Shown: piece by piece, positions 49,346 to 64,000 of the stretch
Numbering within the stretch: position 1 is the stretch's first letter
Layout of the letters: every line of letters starts with the position of its first letter
From: the human T2T-CHM13v2.0 reference genome, Homo sapiens
DNA length: 64,000 nucleotides
Strand: one strand, 5' to 3'
Assembly (NCBI RefSeq): GCF_009914755.1
Contig: NC_060935.1
Made by a program: the position numbers and the translations under genes
The notes under the pieces: model-generated
The model's database searches: none
What the model saw: the letters and a program-made list of their open reading frames with translations, nothing else
Told to the model about the DNA's origin: nothing

Positions 49346-50073
49346 TGTATCAACATTTAAATGGCAATTGATTTTTTGAAAAGGTAATACAAATGCAACC
49401 AACCATATTATTTATCTTTGGAGAATCAGAATAAAATGGCAAAAATATGTGAGTATTTTTATTGGCCCAAACTAGTAGATGTTGCAAGCAAACACTGCAA
49501 AGAATATTCACTAAACAAAGTTCCGACAGCAATTATTGAAAAAAAAATCAAAGATGACCTTTCAAGGAGGTTTACATATTTAGTATATAAATGTTGATTA
49601 TTTCTGTTATTAAAGCAAATTTATAAAGAGTAGCACAAATTCCCTTCCCCCAGTCATATTAAAGCATAAGGAAAAGGTGGACTGCATGGAAAAAATTTGC
49701 ATGTCACAAAAGCAATATAATTAAAAAGGGCTTTAATGGAAAACTATTAATCATCACATGAAAAAGACAGTTCATTGTATTTGAGCATCTTTATTTGACA
49801 AAGAAATCACTCTCATTAGGATTTTCTAACTTCACAGGGGTACATTTCGAAGCAGAGAGTTACAAATGCCATAATGAAGGAGACAGCAAAGAGAATGGTA
49901 CATCAGGTCTAACCAATGCTGGGACATTTTGCACAAATGGATTAAAAACCTGTTACAAGCAAGTCTCCCTTCCAGGGGCACATTTATCCATCTAATAATA
50001 CTAACATAATTCTTGATTATTTTAATGCAATTGATGAGCACTCTCCCCCTGGTGATAGAGAAGTCAGAGCTAG

Positions 50074-50415
<342 letters not shown>

Positions 50416-52530
50416 CAGAGCTAGTATTTTTAAATAGCCATCTAAAGAAGGAACTGGGGCTATTGGGTGTGAGGAGACATCTTAGTGCAGATGATCATAA
50501 ATTGCTTTTTGTAGATTGAATAGGCATGCGATAATTAGTGAGGAGCATCAGAGGTAAGGAAGAGGGTGGCGTTCCATTAAGACCAGTGAATGATACAGAA
50601 GTAACATGCTGTTCAGATAGCCGTGATAATATAATGGTATAAAATCTTCATCTTTCTGTACTCAGCAGATACTCAGAAACCACATATCTCTTTCCTAGTT
50701 TTACCACCAAATTATCTCTTAATAGCCCATTTTTTCAACATAGCAAAAATACAGAGAAGAAAACATGCTACCAATATCTAATGATTTGAGAATTAGTAAA
50801 TGCTCGTTGGTACAACATTTTGAGACTCTGTAGGAAACTATATTCAATACTAAGAATTAATCTATATACTACTTTCTTCTGACTCACCAGGCTATTTTTA
50901 CTAGCCATTATGACCCACATCTATATGCGATACTTACGCTTATGTTTCGCACTGTGTGTATGTTTGTGTTGTGTATATTTGCCCACTTGTGACTTGCTAC
51001 TAGTTTGTAATAGTTTGTGAGAGATAAAACCATTAGTTCCAGTGTTTTCACCTCCATATGGGAAGAGCCAACTTTATAATTTGGACCCGAATTTACTCTA
51101 TTATAATACCACTCCTGGGGATTTTTGCAAAATATTAAAACTGAAAAATGATTGACAGATTGTCTCAGTTCATATATACATTTGTGGTCCACTTTTCTAT
51201 GGTTGTCAAGTTCAGGGACTCTAATAACTTATATAAATGAAGAAAGTGTATTGCTTAAATCATATTGTTTAGTGATGAAAGTTAGAATTTGAAGTGGTTG
51301 TTTTGTGATTTGATCCTTTCAAATTATTTTAAATTTTTATTGATCTCTTCATTTTGCTATGAACATTTATAGCACTTTGCTGTTTCAATATTTTTAGGAA
51401 GCGTCTATTCTCTGTCTGGATACTTTTACTAAATTTTCTATATTAGGCTCATTGCTTGGACCATCATCTGTCTTCCTAGGTATTTCTCAAGATTCTAGCT
51501 AAAACGGAAAGGCTGCATATACAATCCAGGACCCTTGCTGAGACTGGATCACATTTGTCCTGAGGGAACAAAATGCACGGCAGGGGGCTATAATTCAGAA
51601 GCTGAATATTTAACCCAGTTGTTCCCTTGCAGTTGCATTATATTAAAAAAAAAAAACAAAAACGGTTGAGACACACCGAAAATCTTATGACCTGTACTCC
51701 CCATTTCTCTTAATTTCACTTTGTTTTGAGAGAAAAACAAGTAAAATTCTCAAAACCAAGTACTCCACATTTTCAGCTACTTCCAGCCATAAAGCTCTAC
51801 TAATCTTTCTCCCAAATAACCAAAAATTCTACAAATGTTCAAATTTTCGCAGAGTATAAAAATTGTATTCAATCAGATCATTTTCCTCTGTCCCAGTGAT
51901 ATTGCTTGTGTTGATCACATTTAGGTTATGACACTGAAGAAATTTAGTGTGAGAGTTGAAATTCATTCACTCCCATTACTCTCCTCTCACTTTTCTCAAT
52001 TTGATCAATATTGTGTGAAATGATAAAGCACAGAACTGAGTACTGGGCACATAGCTTTTATCTAAGAGTCAAAATATGTGTATACACACACACACAAATT
52101 GGAGCTGTTACTTTTCTTTTACTACATTCAAAATTTGTTATTCCAAATTATAACTCTGTCACCTGTAGGAAAGACATAATACCTCCTACAAAGGAGAAAA
52201 GTAGACTTATTTCTAGTAATTATGCTAAGTGATAGATAATCCCTTAAAAAGTTTTTGGACTTCAGCAGTCACTTGCATGTGTATTGCTAGCAGAATATAC
52301 AATCTAAGTAAACTTAAACTTCTGAAAACTAGTAGTTTCGTATACAATAGAAATCTGAATTTACCAAACTATCCACCAAATTTGGCTGACTATTCAAATT
52401 ATATGTAAGTAGGTTGACTAGCTCTGATCTACATAGGCCTAAGTAAAAGTACTAAGTCATGCTAAATCATTTTCACTATCTTCATTGAGATCTGGCAGGT
52501 ATTCTGACTCTGTCTTTTAATTTCCTTTCT

Positions 52531-52578
52531 TGAATATATATATATATATATATGCACCAAGGTAATAATGAATATGTG

Positions 52579-52623
<45 letters not shown>

Positions 52624-52719
52624 CAGGGTAATATTGAATTTATCTATATCTATCTATCTATCTATCTATGCGCCAAGGTAATAGTGAATCTATATATGTG
52701 CACCAAGGTAATATTGAAT
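52531..52719 (+). repeat. Minisatellite: four 21-bp units separated by variable microsatellite spacers
   Basis: TGCACCAAGGTAATA(A/T/G)TGAAT at 52553, 52619, 52669 and 52699. Confidence 0.95.
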
Positions 52720-55289
52720 CACAGTGTTTTTCACAATAGATTAGGGAAAATGCCTTCAAAAGGTTTGTCATAAGAAATAATAAAATTATGAGGTGATATT
52801 TTCCAGGAGAAAAATCCAAGCAAATGAAGTTATACCTAATGTTTTCAACAGATACTGGTTTTTAAAAACTACCTTTGAATTTTAACTAGCACTTAAGTTA
52901 AAATTCTACAAATATCAAGTCAGATATGACCAAAGCTACTTTCAAAGATGTGTTACCACTGTCAGGAAAAAGATTTAGATAAATGTGGCTCCCCCTTTTT
53001 CCGTAGTTCTACAGAGAACTTAATATTTTCTAGTGCTTTTAAAATCATGTTACAGGAATAAAACTCTGTAGGTGCAAGAACTGTCCATGGAGAAGGCTGA
53101 CTGCCATCGTAATTGCAACACACAGTGTTCCTGACAATATTTGTATTGTTTCATCTGTACACGTTACTTTTCTACAAATGTTACCACCATCCAGCCTGTG
53201 AGAAGCAGCTGCTCTGTGGAATTTTTGGCTAAAATGCTTGGCTATCCATACTGTCCCAAGATACAAATGCTTCTACCGCCATAATGACTAAAGCAAGAAT
53301 TCCATTCTGGAAACATTTTTTCAGAAAAGCAAATACAGATTTTGAGAAGAAAAAAAATCAAGACTTATTATCTTCTTTTAAAAATATAAGTATGGTGGAA
53401 GAATCTGTGGATATGGGGAATAAATTAGGGGTAAAGTTGGGAGAAACCATGTGTCCATCCTAATTTTGCCATATTCAGTTTCTTTGACCTTGAGCAAATG
53501 ACTTCATGTCTTTTTTTAAATACATAAGAAATATACCTCCAATATGAATTTGCACTGGGCCAACTTGTGGGAAAACGTTTTGCAGATTGTAAGTACAAGG
53601 CAAGGCTACTTGTTGCTGTTTATGGTTATAATCATAATTACTAAATATTCAGGCTGTCAACTCCTCCTTCCACTATAGGATGCTCTGAAGTATAGTGTAT
53701 TCTAATTGCCCAAAGACTTTGTAATAGCGTATGTCAATGCTCAACTGTCTTCCCCAGCTCAAAAACTTTTAAATGCCTAATAAAGTGGATCATAAATTCC
53801 TTCATTTAGCATCTGAACCCATTTATCATGTGTTAAAGACATGTTATTTTTAGATCTAACCCCCACTATTTGCCATTTGCTTGTTCTTTTCAGACCTGAT
53901 TTTTAAACAAATATCTGAATATGGATTCCTATCTTTCTGTGTTTACCTCACACCTTCCTCCTTCAGCTGGAATCCCTTTCCAGGTCATTTTCTATTTTTC
54001 AGAAAGCTTTCATAGTCCTATTATTATAATATTTTTCCCATTGAAATATTCTATCTACTTACTAAAGCACTCCAGTGTAGATAAAATTTGTTTTATGCAG
54101 GTTAACAAATACATGATATATTCTAAAATATGGAAGATACAGGCCAAGCGTTTGTGAAAAAAGTGAGTAATTAGCTGATAGTTGTTTAGAAACTCAGATA
54201 TTTAATGTGTAAGTAAAGATATTTTATGTGTAAGTAAAACCTTATAGTTCATAGGTGCTTAGAGAGCTCATAGATATAGAAATACTTATTCAAATGTATT
54301 TTTATAACTCTCTTAATATTCATACACACACATATGCACACACACACAGAGAAGCATATTATTATTTTTTTGCTTCCAGTTGATGTTTTAAACAGAGAAT
54401 TGGTTGGTACCATAGATAATTAGATAACTTTCTAGGAAAATACATACTTTAAAAAAAATAGTGTTTCTTAAGCAATAGTTACCCTTCACCTACCCAATTA
54501 CCATCACAATGTGGAAGAAGAAGAGACTGAAAGGAAAAAATTATTTTACTGGGACACAACGTGAGAGTGAAGCTTCCATACAGATGTAAGAAATGGAAGG
54601 ACTTCGGCATCTTAGAAGTGAAAGCTGGAGAGGGCCCTGAAGAAAAGGAGAATAATAGCAAGAAGAGCAACTTCATTGAAATATTTGTGATTATTTACAT
54701 ACATTTTTCTTAAAATGGCTGTAAGTTTGTACACTTAAATATATTTGCAATAAGTCCCTTTCATGGAATTACACAGTAAAATATTGTGAGTATTATTATT
54801 ATTGTTTTGCTAGCAAAAATATCTGAGTATAGGATACACTATTAATCAATTGTTCCAGGTATTTTAGTGGAAGTCTCTGATTTTGTTTAATTACATCTTT
54901 ATTAAAATCAAAAATGCAAGAAAAGCAATGGAAATGCTATTAAAATTGGACATGTAATATTAATATACATGCTCAATAAATAACGCAATCCACCATTAGT
55001 TGGGTACATATACAATATTTAACTTTTATAATGATGCCGTTAAAATATTATATTCATTTCATACATGAAAATTTAAGGCTCAGGTTAAGTGACTTGCTGA
55101 ATGTCAAAGTTTACAAATGACATACCTCTCTGTCCATTCCACTCTGTTCCTTCTAATATCTATAGTAAATGTATATAATATTAATTTAATATTTTTAAAC
55201 AAAATCCTTATTGAAGGACCAGTGGTATCCTATGAGGTATGTCCATAGACATGTCTGTCAAAGAAATTTAACAACTGTCAAATCATTTA

Positions 55290-56292
55290 GTACAACATAA
55301 TTTCATCTAGAAATTATTAAAATTTTAAATAAAATTTTGGAATATATGAATAAATTAATTCAAAATAGATCATAATCTTAGTTAGCTTAGGTCAGACAGC
55401 ATATTTTTTATAATTTTTTTAAAACATCTGATAAAGACAGCCAAGTAATGAACAAAATGTTTGAACAGGAGTTCACTAAAGAGGACATGTGGAAATCAAA
55501 TAAATAAATGAAAAGATGCTATACACAGTCATCAAGGAAGTACAAATTGAAACCATAATGATATACCACCTCATATCTATCTATAAACATGGAAAAACAA
55601 AACAACAACAAAGAAATACTGACAATACCAAATGCTGTTGAAAATGCAAAGTAACAAGAAATTTTTTATGTTGCTGGAATTTTCATATGTGACAGGAAAA
55701 AATGGTAGGCCTTTTGAAAAACACTTTTGGCAATCTCTGTAAATTTAAATATACGCTTATCATATGATCCTGTAGTCCCACTTGTAGTTATATATCTAAG
55801 ATAAATTAAAACTTACATTCACATACATGAAGCGTACAAGCAACGGTTTTTAATCGTTTTACTTATATTTGACAAAAAAACAAAAGTAATCTAAACTGGT
55901 GAATGGATAAACAAATAGTATTATAACTATTCAATGGAATATTACTCATTGATGATATAAGAAATATTGCTGACATATGTGACTACATGCAACTCAAATG
56001 CTTTAGGAGAAATTATGAATATTGGACTGAAAAGTTTATGCAAATTGAACTTTGTTCTATTTGGTTTGGAAAGGAAAAACAATAGAAACAGGAAACTTAT
56101 TCTTTTCAGCAGGTATGTGTAAGAGTTGAATACAAAGAGGCAAAGGGGCATCTACTTTGTTTATAAAATGATTCTTCATCTTGATAATGTCAATAACTAC
56201 ACAACTTCGTGCAATAAAGTCATTGAACTCTATATTGAAAACTGTGAATTTTACTCTATATAAATTAAACTTCAATAAACTTCACTTTTAAA
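55290..56292 (+). mobile_element. L1ME-like 3' portion
   Basis: ATGAAAAGATGCT..., CTGACAATACCAAATGCTG, GGTGAATGGATAAACAAA, terminal TAAATTAAACTTCAATAAA. Confidence 0.8.
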
Positions 56293-56589
56293 AACTATAT
56301 TATATTTACCCTTATGTTGAAATTAATGGTACTTAGAAGCAACTTATACTAATACAAATTAAAAATAATGTTTATTGCTTCATGCATTCTTTTTATTTCC
56401 AAATTTTTAAGTATCTCTTAAAAAAGTTTAAAGTGAATAATTATTTCCCTGCCTTCAAGGGATTTATAGTATATGATGAATAATAACCATGTAAAAAAAT
56501 TTAAAATCTACACTTTTTTGGTGTTATAACATTGGAAAACTTTTTTGACCATAATGTATAATGCAAGGTATGAATAGAAGATGTGAAAT

Positions 56590-57350
56590 TATATTTCTTG
56601 CAAATAGGAGTCCAATTGTTCCTGCAGCATTTGTGGAATGTTGCATTTCTCCACTAAATTACCATTGCACCATTGCCAAAAATCAATTAACTATTCTATT
56701 CTATTGAGCTGTGTGTTTCTCCGTTTTCCAATGCAATATTGTCATTACTAATTATATTTATAGTATTTATTGAAATCAGTAAGAGTGCCCTTCAACTTTA
56801 CTTTTTTTTCAGAGATACTTTAGCAATTACAGTTCGTTTAACTTTCCAAACAAATATAAAACTATCTAATGGAAGTCTACAGGAAAATTCTCCTGGTATT
56901 TTCATTATGAATTAATATAATTTATGTGTCAATTTGTGCCAAAGCAATAATACTGAGTTTTCCAGACCATGAACACAATATATCTCTTCACTTATTTAGA
57001 TCTGTTGATTCCTCTTACCAATGACTTTTGGTTTTCAGCAAATTGATATTTCAGTTATTTTATTATATTTATGAATAAGCATTATTGGGTTTTGGTTGCT
57101 ATTTTCAATGTCACTTAAAAGAAGTAGTTTCCTATTTGTTCATTGCCATGCATATAAATAAATTTGGGTTTAGTATATTAGCTGAATCCCACAGTCTTGC
57201 CAAACTCAATTATTGATGCTAAGCTTACTTATTTTTTTTTTAGTAAATTCTTTGGGTCTTATACTGTGAGGTGTGCAAATAGAGAAAATTTTATTTTTCC
57301 ATTTCAGTATGAATGCCTTATGTTCTTTTTCATCACTTACTGTAGTATCT
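56590..57350 (-). mobile_element. Old L1M ORF2 fragment
   Basis: TCCAATTGTTCCTGCAGCATTTG..., CCATGAACACAATATATCTCTTCACTTATTTAGATC. Confidence 0.75.
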
Positions 57351-57354
57351 AGAA

Positions 57355-57490
57355 TTCACCCCCATTTTACTCATGAAAACATTGAGACAACATAAGTTAC
57401 GTGAGCGGCTACAGAGTATGTGGCTACATGAAGCATTGGGGATTTGAACTCAGGTCTGTCTGACACAAACTTCTGACATTTAACCACACA
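57355..57490 (-). mobile_element. MIR
   Basis: CCCCATTTTAC..ATGAAAACATTGAG...GGGATTTGAACTCAGGTCTGTCTGAC. Confidence 0.8.
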
Positions 57491-59319
57491 ACCAATGTAG
57501 AATCAATTACTATTTCAATATTATTCTCAAGTTACAAATACATAGAGATAGTGTTGCAAAATTATTATACTAATGAGATATTGTTCCTATATACTTTGTA
57601 AACATTTAAACAATGTTTAGAATGATTCAAGATTAAGTGAATCCTCAGACTTCACCACTTTTTACCAACTTGGTATAAGACTGGTAGAAAGTGAAGCATA
57701 ACTTGAATCAAAATGATCATAATGAAGTAAAATGAAGGCATCTGATGGTCTTCGTAAATTAATTGTAAGTGTCAAAAATTGAGTAGTTTTAAAGTAGCCA
57801 GAGAAGTATGAAATATCTATGAAGAGTTGTTTAGGAGTGTTTCTCACTGTTTCTATTACTGTATGTTTGATTTTACTCCATGCAAATATATATGCAGTTA
57901 GTAGGTTTGTCTACAATATCAACTCATTCTTAATCACCATGCTTTTCCCTCATTACATTTTATTACTACACATTAACTGCATGTGGAAACAAAAGGAAAT
58001 CCTTGGGTCAAAAACAGCAAAATGTGGAAGTCTGTGTCGAAGACAACTTCAGTGATAGGAAAGTTATGTTGTGTGAACAGTCTAGGAACTTCAGATTTGT
58101 ACAATACATTCATTCTAACATGTGTGCTGAATATAAAAATATTACTTTGCTAAATGTTTAATTTAAATATTTTATTATATGTAAACTATTGTTGAATTAA
58201 TACAAGTTAAAACATTATTGCCTTGTTTACTTAGTTATTTCTAGTTCGATTTATGATTCTTTTTATTTTGAAAATCTAAAAATTATATTATCATTAAAGG
58301 GTATTGTATTTTCAGTAATATTTAAAGTATATATTTAATAATATATTTTAGTACTAACAATCACTTAATTTCCAATTATAAATTATTTATGTTTTTGGTT
58401 AAAAAGGAATCTTTTATATAACCAATTAATACAAGTTTTAAAATTATGTGGGTATATAATCTGAATTTATGTTTTATACTAACAAAATATTTTGTGTGAA
58501 TCAATTTAAGTACTATAAAATAATCTTAAGAGTGCTACATTTTTATAACAAAATTCTGCAAAGTCTAAATCTTAAATCTGTTTTTAAAAGACACACAAAA
58601 GTCCTCAAAGTGACCTGGCTTCCATTATATTCATTTTCAGTCACTACACCATTAAGCATCTATGTATTTTTTAGAAGGAAACTAGTTTCTCCTTGATAAT
58701 TTATCTAGAGTAGATATCTGGTTGTGAGACTTTAGAAAAATCAAATTACATTGAGCTAATCCTTTTAGTATCACTGGCAAGTGTATGGTAAATCTCTAAT
58801 TGGTAGGCTGTTTATATTTGTTCTTGTAATGACAAGATGACTTCAAAGCAGTCTCTGTTGATTTTAATTCCCAGTTTGAGTCTTGTTGCAAGGTGTTTAC
58901 AGGGGGGAAATCTAAAATGAATTCCATTACATAAAAATGAGAGGTAATTTCTTGCATTTTCATTATATTATATTGTATTAATTATATGTAACCACATGTT
59001 GAAACATGGAAAAGTTAGATTTTTATAGGTCTCTATTAAAAAACCTGGACTCATGCAGAAAATAATCATGACTTGTATACTTAGATTTTCAACACAAGTT
59101 CTTTTAATACTTAGTTAACACTGATTTTGTATGGAATGAGAGAGACTGTTTACAATTTAAAAAATCAATATTATTTCTAAAAGCTAAAAATAATAGAAAA
59201 AATACTTTCAGAAGAGCTATTTTTTCTTTTTTATTCTTGTTTTCTGAATATGGTCACTCCTCAGATGATTATTTCACCTCTCAAGCAGTATGCGGCATTT
59301 GGGATTTGTCACTATTTCC

Positions 59320-59760
59320 ATAGAACAGCCAAAGTGATCTATTAAAAGTACCTGTTAGCTCCTATTATTGTTCACTTAAAACTATCCAGTGACTTCTTCT
59401 TACAAAGAGGATAGAAATCCCAACTTGCTATGGCTCCTTTGACCTATGCCTTTCCTGCATTTCCAACTTCATTTTATTCCTCTGACTTTGTTCTCTCACT
59501 CACTGTACTGCTCTTTGCTGTGTTACTCAAAACACCAAACTCTTTCTTACCTTATTGATGAGAATAACTCTTCTTTCTGCCCCTTTTAACTCATATTTAC
59601 ATGACTTATTCCTTTTTGTAATTCAGATCTTAATTTATATGTCACCTCTTCAGGTAACCTTGACCACCTTTCACTGTGAGCATAGCAGTTGCTGTCACAA
59701 TAGCAATTCCCTTTTTGCTTTTAACTTAAATATAGTTTCCAGTACCCATCTCTACTTTGT
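59320..59760 (+). mobile_element. L2 fragment
   Basis: ACAGCCAAAGTGATCT...CTTAAAACTATCCAGTGACTTC...TCAGATCTTAATTTATATGTCACCTCTTCAG. Confidence 0.7.
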
Positions 59761-60043
59761 GGAAATTTGACTTCACTCTAGGCTAACGATGATGATTTTT
59801 CTTTCTAACTTCATCATAATTACACTAAATTCTCATCACAGTCATTCTTTTTCAGAATGCCCGATTTCAGATCCATGTGATCTAGGCAAACATATGCTAG
59901 GGTCTTCACAGAAATAACTTTTTAAAAATTTTAAAGACAAGACTTTAATTATCTTGTTCTTTCTCTGTCTCTCAACTTAGTCAACATCAAGGAAACATAC
60001 AGTGTGGGAAGTGTTTGATAGACCCACAGTAACAGAAAATCTA

Positions 60044-60505
<462 letters not shown>

Positions 60506-61827
60506 TCACTGATGTATGTCTATCTTATTTAATGTTACTATCCTTAGTCACTTTCTGTCCAATTACCCTGTCTTATTTTCTACCATGAATTTATATCAGA
60601 AATTATCTTTTATTTATTTAATGTTTATCTATATAGCCTTAAGAACATTAAAAACTAGAGGTTAATTTCTCTAGTTTATTTTTATATTCCTTAGCACATA
60701 GGAAGTAAAAAAGTAATTTTCGTTGGATAAATGAGTGATGAAAATGGCTGGATAAATTAGATATCAGGGTCAGTTTGGTTATATCAGGTTTATTAAGCTG
60801 TGTCCCCTCATTGTTGACAGAAATCTTGAAACCACAAAGAACCTGAAGTCCTAAAGTTCCAAAAGCTACACTGCATATTTTTTTGAAGAAATCTTGCCTT
60901 GCCACATCTCTTTAACTTGCCTATGTTCATTTCAGTTTCTCTGAGTTTATAGTCAACTCTGTTAAACAGGGTTTTTGCGAATGCCTGAGACTTAGGCCCA
61001 ACTCTGCATCTATGTTACTAAGCCTAAACTGTTTCCTGAGTTCCCCTAAGCACTGACTCCTCCCACATGAAAGCACCGTAATCATGTGAAACTCAACACA
61101 TATGTTTAGATTAAAGCATTGTGCCTATTATCGTTTTTATTTATTTATTTATTTATTATTATTAAACTTTAAGTTTTAGGGTACATGTGCACAATGTGCA
61201 GGTTAGTTACATATGTATACATGTGCCGTGCTGGTGCGCTGCACCCACTAACTCGTCATCTAGCATTAGGTATATCTCCCAATGCTATCCCTCCCCCCTC
61301 CCCCCACCCCACAACAGTCCCCAGAGTGTGATGTTCCCCTTCCTGTGTCCATGTGTTCTCATCGTTCAGTTCCCACCTATGAGTGAGAATATGCTGTGTT
61401 TGGTTTTTTCTTCTTGCGATAGTTTACTGAGAATGATTATTTACAATTTCATCCATGTCTCTACAAAGGACATGAACTCATCCTTTTTTATGGCTGCATA
61501 GTATTCCATGGTGTATATGTGCCACATTTTCTTAATCCAGTCTATCATTGTTGGACATTTGGGTTGGTTCCAAGTCTTTGCTATTGTGAATAATGCCGTA
61601 ATAAACATACGTGTGCATGTGTCTTTATAGCAGCATGATTTATAGTCCTTTGGGTATATAGCCAGTAATGGGATGGCTGGGTCAAATGGTATTTCTAGTT
61701 CTAGATCCCTTAAGAATCGCCACACTGACTTCCACAATGGTTGAACTAATTTACAGTCACACCAACAGTGTAAAAGTGTTCCTATTTCTCCACACCCTCT
61801 CCAGCACCTGTTCTTTCCTGACTTTTT

Positions 61828-63998
<2,171 letters not shown>

Positions 63999-64000
63999 TT

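Noticed and set aside
49696-49713. Octamer ATTTGCAT next to a Sox-like ACAAAAG
   Set aside because: Spacing does not match the canonical composite element, and such motifs are frequent by chance in AT-rich DNA.
52553-52719. CRISPR-like array
   Set aside because: Primate DNA with no cas genes; the spacers are simple repeats of 9-45 nt rather than unique, constant-length sequences.
53045-53266. 73-aa ORF in apparently unique sequence
   Set aside because: No recognisable homology, non-ATG start, and a length compatible with chance.

Overview
AT-rich, repeat-dense primate genomic DNA, almost certainly human (Alu, L1PA, THE1/MST/MLT, MIR, L2, MER elements, plus one L1 fragment carrying the L1HS-type 3'UTR diagnostic base). 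I could not support any host protein-coding exon, RNA gene or CpG island, so the window looks intergenic or deep-intronic. Every long ORF in the track is either a broken LINE-1 ORF2 piece, a THE1 internal ORF remnant, or an Alu/low-complexity artefact. I found no evidence of a new biological system. The notable content is structural. (1) A ~70-bp L1HS-type 3' end with a perfect TSD sits inside ORF2 of an older L1PA3-like element (61828-61921) and is a candidate human-specific or polymorphic insertion. (2) A 155-bp templated copy of a nearby L1/MLT2 junction was pasted into an AluJ (30271-30425). (3) There are two twin-primed 5'-inverted L1s, one of them inside a THE1A LTR. (4) There is an intact two-LTR THE1 provirus and a probable two-LTR MLT1 remnant. 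(5) Several local duplications occur, including a repeat-spacer minisatellite that superficially resembles a CRISPR array. Subfamily names come from recalled consensus features rather than a database run, and boundaries of old repeats are approximate.
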